A stretch of DNA of 64,000 nucleotides. Origin: Setoptus koraiensis (lineage: Eukaryota; Animalia; Arthropoda). The notes below the pieces were generated by a model. That model ran no database searches, was not told the origin of the DNA, and worked only from the letters and a program-made list of their open reading frames with translations. Numbering within the stretch: the stretch's first letter is position 1; each line of letters starts with the position of its first letter. This document shows positions 24,851 through 36,437 of this stretch, piece by piece. The DNA is taken from positions 16,802,001-16,866,000 of the forward strand of contig CM106586.1 in assembly GCA_048013815.1 (NCBI GenBank). The letters are read 5' to 3'. Position numbers and translations under genes: made by a program.

Positions 24851-25245
24851 ATGAGGTTTTGACCTGTGAGTTGTGACGAGTGAACTTTGACGATTTAGTT
24901 TAGATTTTCAAGTTTTGACTGTTGAGTTTTGACTAGGAGTTCTTGACTAATGGTTTCTGACTACCAGTTTTGACTGTTGGTTTGATTATCAATTTGTTTA
25001 ATTGTCTGATTTGAGCAGGACAATTGAACTGAAGCTTTAACTTTAACTGATGATAAAATGCTCTGAAGTGATTGGTCTTTTATATTGTCTTACATCGAGG
25101 ACAACCTAAAAATAGTCTCACACATAGCCATCGTAAAACGCCCCTCGATGCACTCGAGTCGCCCGATCAACGAGTTGCGTAATATCGTTACATGACATTT
25201 GAGCGCGTGTGACAAGGCTATAGTACGCGCAGAAAGTATGAAACA
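24851..25245 (-). repeat. Duplicated 5' leader/promoter block of copy B
   Basis: Paralog of 21016-21370, with a B-specific 40-nt insertion at 25161-25200. Confidence 0.9.
25045..25084 (-). promoter_or_regulatory. TATA box plus initiator for copy B
   Basis: TATAAAA at 25084-25078 and TCAGTT at 25050-25045 on the minus strand; same spacing as copy A. Confidence 0.7.
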
Positions 25246-25304
25246 CAGTGCTGTCTGTCAATAAAAACCAAGAATAAACACCCCATAACAATGTAATGAG
25301 AATG

Positions 25305-25957
25305 GTAACAATTGGTCGACAAATGCGTCAACATCAATCTAGAGAGGCCGAATAAAATCGTTATCAAGGCCAACTCAAAGAAAACGGTATAGTCAAAACA
25401 AGACTCGCTGAAAATTGAAGGACCAATAAACGACGACGACAAGCTTGGCCACTGCGTTCAGCCAATAATGACACGCGATATTACTGTTTTCTCATTGACT
25501 GTGCGTGGGAGGGTGTCACCAACACACAAACCGAAATCGTGCCCCATCAGTCGTATGAGCGGCATGTCAAGTCGGACAGTCAATAATATTGACTCAATAT
25601 GGTCTAACGCGTCATAGATCACACTGAGCGTCATGTCGGATATCCCAATCTCGGCTTCGAATGCAGACGTTTGTGGTTCTGAAAACTGTGGGCTCATGAA
25701 GACAATGGGCGACACTTGTCGGAAACCCTGTTCTGTGGTTGCGGCACGAGCCATGCCTCGGGGCCTTTAGCTGTACGCGACACGCAGCGTCTAAATGAAT
25801 TCCGTCTCTGCCTGGTCACCTTGAACGCGGAGCCGGGATTTATTGTGAAGCCAAATCGAGGTCTGAACGGCGTGGTTCCCGAGGCACGCCCCATGATTCG
25901 CGAATAGCTTGTTGTGCCGACCCGACCCGTGAGGAATGGACGAACGAAAAAATCGGA
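25305..25957 (+). pseudogene. Inverted pseudogene of the C-terminal half of the monooxygenase (psi-C)
   Basis: One + frame reads VTIGRQMRQ, YYCFLIDCAWEG, VIDHTERHVGYP, RHLSETL...TSHASG and VVPEARPMI. These match VTIGDFARQ, YYSFLISYAWED, IINHTVHDVKDP, RHMTQTL...TSHASG and LVPKARPII. In-frame stops include 25584, 25590, 25605, 25680 and 25905, and the GAFKL...GGW segment is deleted. Confidence 0.85.
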
Positions 25958-26335
25958 ATTTGATTTTCTGTAGCATGAAAAAAAAACTTTGCCTGGTTGT
26001 TCGAAATTTGGTAGACTAATAAAAGTTACAAAAAGCAGCCATGTTATAAAATAAAATTTCCAAAATAAAACAAGTTCACCCTCCGCAGGGCATGTCAACC
26101 AGGGGTTCCAGGTGTGATACTATCACAGTGATAGCAATCTAAATCACCTTTTTTTGCGCGACTTTTTCCCTTTTTTCGCGACTCCTTTTTTCGTGGCTTT
26201 CGTTTTTTTCTCTGAAAAAGTCTCTGATGAAAACATTGCTGAAAATAGACACACTGCGACTTGCGAATCGACACTCGCGCGCACGCCCATCACACAATAA
26301 TATTGTGACAATATACACACACATGGATATTTTAT

Positions 26336-26605
26336 TTTATATTGATCAACCTGTGACTGGCACACTACGCCAGACCAACAGGTGAGACGAGTTTGGCTTG
26401 CCAAGGCTCGCCGTGCCGAGCCGTTGCCGAGTTGCCGATTCGGCGATTCGCAGAGTTGCCGAGTTGCCGATTGGCCGATTCGCAGAGTCGCCGAGTTGCC
26501 GAGTCGCGAGCGCTGAACCGAACTTGAACGAATGTCAGCGTTGAAACAATTCTTTTATGCGTTCCTTTTTGACAACTCTCTTAGCAGCGCGTTCTCTTGT
26601 GTGAC
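26336..26605. repeat. Conserved non-coding block Q2 with internal tandem expansion
   Basis: Paralog of 21891-22079, with an internal gccgagttgccgatt-type duplication. Confidence 0.85.
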
Positions 26606-29600
26606 AAGCGTCTCTCTTGCGAGTTGCTTTTGCTCTTTTCTATAAAGTCATCTCTGTGTTGCATCACCCATTGGCCGCCTGTCTGGCTGTGACAAGTGGC
26701 GCTACATCAAGTGTCACAACTTGTTTATTATTATTACATTATTATACATCATAAACGTTGTTTGTTTCTACTCGGCGGCACACACTGTCAGGCCTGACAA
26801 AGTTGCTCTTTATTGGGCTCTCGGTGTTTGTCTACGCCAAGCGCATTATTTCTGGCGAGCGTTTTGCTGGCCGGCGAGCCGCACACAAAAGCCTTTTCGT
26901 TTTTCCAGTTTCAGCTGCTCCGTCGCGGCTGTTGCCGTTGTCGTTGTCGCTGTTGCCGTTGTTGCCTTCAATGTTGTCGGTATTGCCGTCGTTGTTGTCG
27001 TTGTCGCTGTTGTCGTTGGCGTACCCTGCAGTCGAGCATTCGCCCGCCGAGAGTTGAGCCGGTTGTCGTTGTCGAAGCGAATTAATGCAGCGCATTTCAC
27101 CTTGCCGCTCGCTCATGACTCATGACAAACTCACCAAAGCCGGCCTGACAATTCGGGCACAGTGTCGCCAGTCGCCAAGGTGAACAAATATTGACTACTG
27201 CGCTGGCTGCGAGTCGCAATTGGGGCTCGCTCGTTAGTCTCGCCGCTCGTTAGTCGCACGCCAGCGAGTCGGCGAGCCAGCGACACAACTAACCAGCGAC
27301 ACAACGAGACAGCGACACAACGAGACAGCGACACAACGAGACAGCGACAAAACGACAAGGCGAGACGGCGAAAGCGAGCTTGGCATTGGCGAGCATCTGG
27401 CCGGCTCGCGAGCGCTGTCCACCCGTACCTGTTGATATTTTGTGTTGTTTATTATTAATATTTGCGCTGTTACATTTCGCTATCTCGCTCTGTTCAACAG
27501 AGTCGGTTGCGAGTCGGCGCTCGACAGCCACGCAATGGGTTGACGTTGCCGGCCGGCGCCAGCAAAAGCGAGCCAGCAAAAGCGAGCAAGCAAACGGAGA
27601 CGGAGAGCAGGCAAATTGTTATGTCAAATTGCGCTGCCAGTCGGAGTCGCAATGACGAGCGAGCGAAAGTTGAATGAAACGGTTTATAATCTCTGATTTA
27701 GTTGTTATCTCTTTAGACTAACTGTGCATTGTGCAGTTAAACACACGACTGATTGGACCGCTTTATCCGCAGTCGTTGTTGCCGTTGCCGTTGTTGTTGT
27801 CGTTGTTGTTGTTGCCGTTGTTGTTGCCGTTGTTGTTGTCGTTGTCGTTGTCGTTGTTGTTGTTGCCGTTGTTGTTGTTACAACTGTTTTGTTTGAAATA
27901 AAACACTTGTCGTGCATTGTATTTCAATAACAGTGGGACATTGAACGGGTCCGCTCACTGCTGCCGAGCGACACGGCCACCTATGTGCGCTGCCCAAGAG
28001 CGACTCTCGGCCGATCTCACGGCTAGCCCTGGCCGACAGCATTTAATGGCAACCACAGCAACCGCCAAAAACCAAACAACCGCTAACCTTCTTACCTGTC
28101 CGTTTCGCATGTCCGTCGGGCGCCCTTTCCGAGCGCTGTGCCGGTTGCCGGCCCGACCCGGCCACTCTTGTCGCCCACTTGCAGCGGCCGCTGTCGAGCA
28201 CCGCGACAATCAATGAATTTTTGCCCGATTTCTTACCGATTTTTGGCCCATTTTCGCACAATTTTTGCACAATTTCGCTTGGCTCCAATTCATCCACTTT
28301 CTCCGCCGTCTTTATGCCCACATGACCATGTCAGGTCAATCGATTCATCGGCCCGCTAGACGAGCCCCGGCCGACCGAACGAGACGCGCCCAAGCGTTCG
28401 CGACAATTTCGCTGCTGGCCGCGGCAAAATGGCAATCACTGTCACCCGCGAACAATTTGAAATGGGCAAAACGAATTTGCGAGCCGTTCGGCCGATACTG
28501 GCCGCAGCATCAACAATTGGCCATGTTGCCAATTGTCGACACCGGTCATCGGGCGCGCTGGCCATTGTTGCAGGCGGTGCTCGCGCTGGCGTTCCGCGTC
28601 GCCTCAATTGTCAAACGGCGACACAGCAAACTTTTCGTCAATGTGACGTTCCGCTCGCCGCTGCTACATGTCTCGCCGCCGCGAACCAACGACAGGCCGC
28701 CGCGAACCAACGACAGGCCGCAACAAGCAAACGACAGGCCGCAACAAGCGGCTCTGATGGACGATAATTGAATTGGAAACAATTGGACGGAAACAATTAA
28801 CAAAAACGAGCGCCTGTCCGATGGTGCGACGTCGAACGTCACGCCGATAATAAATAAGGCGCCGGCCATGATGCGCCGATAATAATAACAACAATAATGG
28901 CTTTAATTGCGTCACACAAACAATGGCCAAGAGGCACGAATGGGACAATTGTTTGTTTTTCGCTTCTTCCATCGTTTGGCGCCGCTCAAACCGACCAATT
29001 TCGCCCGTCAAAACCGCCTGCGCGCTGTCATTGTCGCTGCTGTTGGCTGCGCGGTTGCCCGTACTGTCGGCGCACTTCCGGCCCGATACAGGCCCGTCCG
29101 TGTATTTTTAGTCGCTCGCTAACCTTGTGCGACGGCGACAGCGCCAGCTACGGCAACTACGGCAACTACGGCAACTACAGGAACAGCGACAGCAACGACA
29201 ACAACGACAACAACGACAACAACGACAGCAGTGACACCGACAACAGCGACGACGACAACAGCGACGACGACAACAGCGACGACAACAACAACGACAGGTG
29301 ACGGCCTCGCGAGCCGAGCGCGAGAGCGAGAGAAAGGGAGAGAGAGCGAGAGAGGGAGAGAGCGATGGAGAGAGAGAGGGAGAGAGAAAATAACAGAGAG
29401 AGAGAGCGCAATTAGTTCTGGAGCGATTCACCTGGTCGAGAGCGATCGCTGGCATTGTTGCATGAAATGAATGGATTAATCAAATAGATATAAATCACAG
29501 CGGCGATTACAAATGGCAAATTAATGCTGGCTAACAAGCTCGCTGGCTCGTTGTGAGTCGCAATTTACAGGTTGCGACGGCTCGCAACTTGCCAGCGAGC

Positions 29601-31374
29601 TTGTTGTGAGCGAAAACCGGAACTGATGGCTTCGTTCGGCAATTTATGATATTAATAAATTCAGCGTGTGCTCGTCGCCCTATTTAACTCGTCGGCTCGC
29701 AGCATAAAAGTGTCACTGAGCCCACCATATATCATATTTGGCGCCGCGCTGGCTAGGCCCGCGGATCATTAATTTCGTTCGTCGGGCAACTGGTTATCAG
29801 GCTATTTGTTGCATTTATGATTGAGCAACCAGCCGACCGGCCGGCCGGCCGACTAACCGATCGCTGCGCTCGGCAAGCCAACCGGTGAATAGCGACCGGC
29901 GGCGCGAAAAAAACAGCAAGCGGACGATCCATTAATTTTTGACATCTCTCTCTCTCTCTCTCGGTTTCGCGCTGTGCCCACAAAAGTCACTCTCGCCGCT
30001 ATCGAGACTCCCGATAGCGGCGACATGATTTGCATGGATTCGCTCAGGTGAGGGGCTCGCTATTGCGGCGACCGGCTCGTCTCGTTGCCGCGCCACCCGG
30101 TCGCCGGCAATTCGGCGCCGACTGGCAAGCTAGTGGTCGTCGGTCGGTTGTTGACGACCGGCCGACAGCCCGGCGGTTGTGTGCGAGCGGCAATCATCAT
30201 CATGCAAATCATCGTCAATCGCACATGTCATTCGGGTGAGTCGGAAGCTGCGTCGGCCGGCCGCCGAATCATAATCGCGATTACGATAAAAGTGATTTAT
30301 TCATTTTCTCATGCAAACGATGCAAGCCTGTCCGAATTGTTGCCGCTGTTCGAGTGCAATTACACCTTTTCTCCCGTCCGCCGCCCGACATCCGCCGCCC
30401 GATATCCGACGTCCGATATCCACCGTCCGATGTCCGCCGCCCGGAACCCGCTGCCCGGAATCCGCCGCCCGGCATTGGGCGCCCGATACTTGCCGTCTGA
30501 CACGACGATCGCCCGATCAGTCTGATCGGATCAGAGTTATGTAACGTTAATTGTTGTTGTTGTCGCTGTGATTCCGCTCGCAGTTGTAGTGCCACTCGCG
30601 GCTAATTAGCAATCACTGCTTATGCACGCCGGCCGCGTTCGTGAGTTGTGATTGGCGCCAATTGGGCAGCCAATTCGAGCGAGCCGCTTCGAACGGGTTA
30701 CGGCGACGAGTTTTTGATTTTTTGTTTTAGTCGGCCGGTCGGTCGGTCGGTCGGTCGGGCCGGCCAACCGAAACGTCGACGGGAGCGCCGGCCAGCGACA
30801 ACCAATGGGCTTGTGGCGCGGGCGTCCACTGATGCGGCCCGATCGACGGATTGATTTTGACAGACGCCGTCTGTTGTCAGAATCAATTGGTTGTTTGTGT
30901 GTGTGTGTGTGTGCGACACAATTAACGGCTCGGTGACATCAACGGGCAAACAGTGCAAAATCAATCAGGGTTAATTGAGATTTATCATTTTATTTTTGGC
31001 CACACTCGAACTGTTCGAGTCGAACAGCGGCTGCAAAGTGGCCAACGGGCCGGCTCTCGATTGCGTGCCCGTAGCCGTTGGAAGCCCGGCAAGCAGACTT
31101 TTGCCCCATCACAGGTGATGCCGGTTCCCATTGGCAATTGTTAGTCAATTGAGAGTCAACACACACACATTTAGTTTGTTTGCAAAGCCAAACAAGCGAG
31201 TGACGCAACAGCAAGCCAAAAGGCCGACAGACTCACTTTCGGGCCGTCGACGGCAAGCGGCCATCAGATGATATTTATAGCCGTCCGATTGGTGCCACTC
31301 TGGTCACTCATTCTAGTTAGTGTCTTAATTATGCCGCTGTTGTTGTTGCTGCTGCTGTTGTTGCTGCTGCCGCA

Positions 31375-31405
<31 letters not shown>

Positions 31406-32355
31406 CTGCTGCTGCTACAGTTGATGTTGTTGTTGCAGTTGTTGCTGCTGCCGCAGTTGATGTTGTTGTTGCCGCTGCTGTGTGACCGTCAATGGGCTCG
31501 ATTCGATTCAATGTTAATCGCCGAGCGCTCTCATTACTTTCGTTGCTGGCAACGGCTTAATCCGTTGCCAGTTTCAAGTTTCCAATTTGGACTTGCGCTC
31601 GAATTGGCGCACCAATTGAGCCAGTTCAATTTATTTAACGCTGCGCTCACAACAAGCCGCTCTCACAGATAAATTAAATGCGTTGGCCGGCCGCTCGTCG
31701 GCGAAACCGGCGCCATCTAGACAACAGGTTGTCGTGGCCAGACATAGGGCACAGTCGATGTTTATGTGGCTCATTAGTGGCATTATTGGACGCTCATCGT
31801 TTGACGCTAACCAGCTCGCCGAGTCTCGCCGTCTCGCCGTCGAAAGTCTTGCCGTCCGCAGTCTCGCCGTTGGCCGGTCCGGCGATGCTGGCCCCAATCC
31901 GTTGAGCCGACCGTCTCATCAGCAGCGACTCATGGCGCATGAGTCGCATGCGGCAACTGGCAGCAATGGCATCGGGCCATTTGTTGTGCAAATGCGCAAT
32001 TCATTGCAACTCGATTCATGCATCAAATCAGCTTGCGTAATCGAACACACTAGCTCATTACGTAACTAGCGACCAGTTACGTAATGAGCCAACCACTGTC
32101 TGTGTCTCTGTTGTGGGCAGTCTGCATCATACGCAGTCGCCATTACATTACAGACTGCTTACATGTGCGGCTGCACCGGTAACGGATGAGTGATGCTGGC
32201 CGCGGCAGCGCAACTTTTAAAGAGTTTCGTTGCGTCGCCGCGAACGCCGATAACGCCGAGAACGCCGAGAAAGAGCAACGTCCAACTTTCAACACTTTTG
32301 CGGCCAACTGCCCATTCAAGCAACATGTTGCGCCTGTTGCGTCATTCTCACACAC

Positions 32356-32358
<3 letters not shown>

Positions 32359-32412
<54 letters not shown>
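32359..32412. repeat. (AC)27 microsatellite
   Basis: Read directly. Confidence 0.95.
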
Positions 32413-32416
<4 letters not shown>

Positions 32417-32550
32417 GAAGAGACAGCGGATAAAAGCGCGCTGACACACAAACGCAACGAGCACAACAACAAACACAAACAACAAACACAGGCCAACAGG
32501 TTGATCGAGCGCTGCACAGATTCAATATTGAGAGCGCGCCGGATGGCCTA

Positions 32551-32690
32551 TTACGCAATGGTCACTATGACGCAATGGTCACTATTACGCAATGGTCACT
32601 ATGACGCAATGGTCGCTATGACGCAGTGGTCGCTGTTACGCAATGGCCAATATTTCGCAATGGTCAATATTACGTAATGGTCAATAATGG
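32551..32690. repeat. 17-bp minisatellite (t[t/g]acgcaatggtcacta), ~8 degenerate copies, most carrying a bZIP-type site
   Basis: Head-to-tail copies read directly. Confidence 0.9.
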
Positions 32691-34669
32691 CCGAGCTCAT
32701 CGGGCGCGAGTGACTGGTTGCAGGCGCTGTACCATGCTGTATAATGCTGTATAATGCTGCATAATGCAGCATAATGCAGAGTGTGTGTGCTGCCATTATG
32801 GCCGACACTTGGCGCCGCCAACGGACCGACGCAGCGATGAAAGTGACCCGAAGGTGGCCGGTCCGGCCCGGCCGCCGCATCGCGATCAGGTGTGCGGCGG
32901 CGGCGGGCGCGGTGAATCGCGGGCGGCCAAACAAGCGCGCCCTAACGAGCCGTTGCGGCGGCTTGCGTTGGCTTGCGCACACACAAACAAACACACACAA
33001 ACAAACACACTGACAAACACACTGACAAACACACACTGACAAACCGTTTGTTGTTACTAATGAAAAATTAATGATTGCGTAACAGCAACACAAGTGTGTG
33101 GCCGGCCGAAACTCAATCGGCGCGCCAGAGTCAATTGAATGGCCGCCTCATTAATTGCCCATAGCCATCTGTTGGCCATAGGCAGCAATTAATTGTGTTT
33201 GCGTTGGTGGCCCACAATCGGTTGATGCCAACAGTTGCCGCAGTGTTACCTACGCTGGTGTCTATATGCTACGTCTAAATGGTTTAAATGAGGCACAAAC
33301 AAACAGACAGACGGACAGACGGACACTTGTTTGTGTTGCGTCTCACATTGTTGTCGTTGCGTAACCGCGGCCAATGTTTGCTGTTGTTGCTGTTGTTGGC
33401 ATAGTTACGCAATGGCCGCTAATGGCCGACGATGACGATAATAGATGCGAGAGTGGAATCGCTAGCGGCCAGCCGATGGCAGCCAGCCGATGGCAGCCAG
33501 CCGATGGCGGCCAGCGAGATCATTGGCAGCCGCTTAATGATGCCAACCGCTACAACTAATGAGCCGCTATGCATACACACACAGGTATTCATATCGATGA
33601 ATATTCACTTGTTGCCGGCTTCGGCCGGCAGAGTGTGCTCGGCGTAGCTTACGTAACTTGTGCGGCTGCTTGTATCAGCCAGTGGCCGGTGCCCACACGA
33701 TTATCACGCTGACCGTTTGTGACTGTGGGTCGCCGGTGAACCGCCGGCAAGCGACTTGGCTGAATGATATTTGCATGGCCAGTGGCGCCGACATCGATGG
33801 CTTGTGCGCCGGCGAGCGAGCGACGGGCCGAGCGACGGAGAATCGGCGATCAAAGTGGCAAACTGTTGCCCAATTGGATTAGGCCGACGCGATTGCGTAA
33901 CCGTTGCTGCATCTGGCCAGATACACATTACATCTCATTACGCATGAGCATGTGCAAAACTAAATGCGGCATCGCTGACGAGGCGAAGCTCATTGTGCGA
34001 CTCGGCAAACCGAGCTCGCCGCTTTCTTTTTTTGTCCATTCGTCTAGACAGGCCAATGGACCGATGGTGTGGGCTCGTTGGCTCATGGGCCTATGAGACA
34101 TAGGCAAATATGTTTTTATTTGGCCATTCTCTCTCAGTCTCAGTCTCGCTTATCTGTCAGTTCCATTTATCACTCACAAAAGTCATGTGACTCTGTGACA
34201 GGCCCGCTCACTGCCGGTCACTGGCTGGCCGGCCAGCAGTGAGCGGGCCGGCTGACCGGCCGGCTGACCGGCCAGCTGACCGGCTGTCAGTTGGCAGTTG
34301 CGCAGCGAGCAGTTAGCGCATTGTTGGCGATCGTAAAAATATCGCAAAAATGCCTGCTCGCCTGTCCGCTCATGTGAGCGTTGGTCAGCGCGACGGCGAG
34401 TGACGCAACAATCGCCGCTGCCAACAATCCACAATGGGCCAGCAAACGCACTCTGGCACAACAGCCAACGCACAAGGGCCAATGCAAACACACAAAGGCG
34501 GCGTGATTATATTATTTTCCTCGCCGTGGCCATCCGACCGAGCTGACCACTGTCACTGACCGCGCTCGAGTAACGGCCGACAACAGGTTGCAGCATTCGC
34601 GGCGGTCACTCGCTAATGTTTTGTTTTTGCCAGTGTTTGTTTGCGATTGTGTTCGCCTGTCATTGTCAT

Positions 34670-34676
<7 letters not shown>

Positions 34677-34746
<70 letters not shown>
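34677..34746. repeat. (GT)35 microsatellite
   Basis: Read directly. Confidence 0.95.
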
Positions 34747-34747
<1 letters not shown>

Positions 34748-36370
34748 CGGTTGCGGGCTTCAACTCGGCCGAGAGTGGCGCGCTATCGGATGAGCGGGTC
34801 CCCAGTTCAGGCTCGCGCGAAGCGCGCTGACAATTGAACGCCGGCCCGGGCGAATCTCGAGTTTTCGAGCTCGCCAATCCGCTTGCTAGCGCATTCTTGT
34901 GGGTTTATCTGGCGCCATCCTGTTGCGGCCGGCGGCCGGAAGGTGGCCTCGCTCGACGCACTTGTTGCCACACTGATGGTGCCAACGAGGCAAGGCGGCA
35001 ACGTGGCAAGACGACACGGCACGGCAATGTGACAACTTGACATTTTGCCATCATCGATCATGCAGGGCCTGGTCTATGTCGAGAATCTCGGCACATAAAA
35101 CCTCGACAGTCCACAATCTCGACGCTCAATGGCTCGACAGTTTGATACACCGAATGTAAACAACATCGACACCGTGGACAAAGTCATAATTCGAACAAGG
35201 TTCCTGACAAAACATCGACACCCGAGAACATTGTACAGTCGACAGTGCGAAATGCCGACAATGCGAAACGTCGACTGTGCGAAATGTCGACAGTGCAGAA
35301 TTTCGAATCTGGCAAATTTGTCAAATTCGGGCTTCGAGACTTTTCGGCCGCTCCAACTTTCGGATGTCGCTCGATAAGCACTTGTTGACCATCATCGAGC
35401 ATCGCCGACCGTCGTCGAGCATCATCGAGCATCGCCGACCGTCATCGGCGGCCATCAGCGGCCATCAGCGGCCATCATCGGGCGCATTCGTGGCATTTCG
35501 GCCAGCTTCGGCGGTTCTTTTCGAGCGGCCAGTTCAATGGCCAGCGAGTTCGGCCAACAACGGGCAGATTACTCTCATTTGTGTCGCTCGTTTTCATTCA
35601 GTTGGCTCGTTTTCATTCAATTGGCTCGTTTTCGCCAGCATTCTGCCAGCTCGGCTCATCTTGGCAGCCCGATGATAATGAGCGCCAACGGTGCCGGTGG
35701 GCAGCGCGCCGGTGATCAACGACACCACCATAGGGCACCCTCATAGTGTGTCAGTCGTAGATGTATCGCATATGTGCCATGCCCGACAGAGATCGCTCAC
35801 GCAGATATTTGGCCTGTCGAGCTTGCAGTTGTTGGCGTTCCTTCGGCCAGTTGCGTTCTTTTGGCCGCTTGCCTCTTCTCTCATAGTGAGTTTGCTGACC
35901 GTCCTGGGGCGCAATTGGCCGCTCCGACGCACCGAGTGCGAACCAGCGAAAGCCATGCTGATGACCACTTAAGGCTGATTAATGGCCTTAACCTGGCGGC
36001 CAGCTCTCTCTGTCCGACGCAGTCCAGCGCAATTCACATTTCGTCGAGCGACGCTATTCGAGCGACCGTATTCAAGTGGCCACTTTGCGGCCTGATCTAA
36101 ATCTGATTACGGCCACGCTGGCCATTATGCGCCCATCGGCGTGGTCGCGGCTGGCTCGCCGCGCCGGCTCGCTCCACGTCGCCGGGCAACGGACGCCAGA
36201 TTGGCCCGCGAGGGACTCGCTGATTTGTTTGTTTGGCGGGCCATTTTCGCAGCCTCAACAGGCCAATTGGCCGTCTGCCGGCCAATGGCCGGCAGACGGC
36301 GAATGGGCAAATGACGAAACGACAAACGTCGATCATTGACGCTCGAAGGCCGCTTGGCGGCGCCATTTCG

Positions 36371-36437
36371 AAGCGGCGAAAATTCTAAGCGGCGAAAATT
36401 CTAAGCGGCGAAAATTCTAAGCGGCGAAAATTCTAAG
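36371..36437. repeat. 16-bp tandem repeat aagcggcgaaaattct x4
   Basis: Four perfect copies, no spacers. Confidence 0.95.

Noticed and set aside
26120-26134. Palindrome ctatcacagtgatag as a tet operator or Helitron 3' hairpin
   Set aside because: The spacing differs from tetO, and the CTRR end with an A|T insertion context is not satisfied.
18301-26251. Terminal inverted repeats of a transposon carrying the cluster (18301-18323 vs 26229-26251)
   Set aside because: The match is fully explained as the 3' flank of the inverted pseudogene psi-C; block Q2 lies outside it and no transposase is present.
18200-26650. Bacterial contamination or misassembly as the source of the monooxygenase genes
   Set aside because: Eukaryotic promoters and poly(A) signals, in-place pseudogene copies, no operon neighbours and gradual transitions into host-type DNA argue against it. 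Long reads would still be the decisive test.
18078-26668. 11-bp direct repeat gttgcatcacc (18078-18088, 26658-26668) as a target-site duplication
   Set aside because: Host-like low-complexity DNA lies inside the left copy, no element ends adjoin either copy, and a chance match is plausible.
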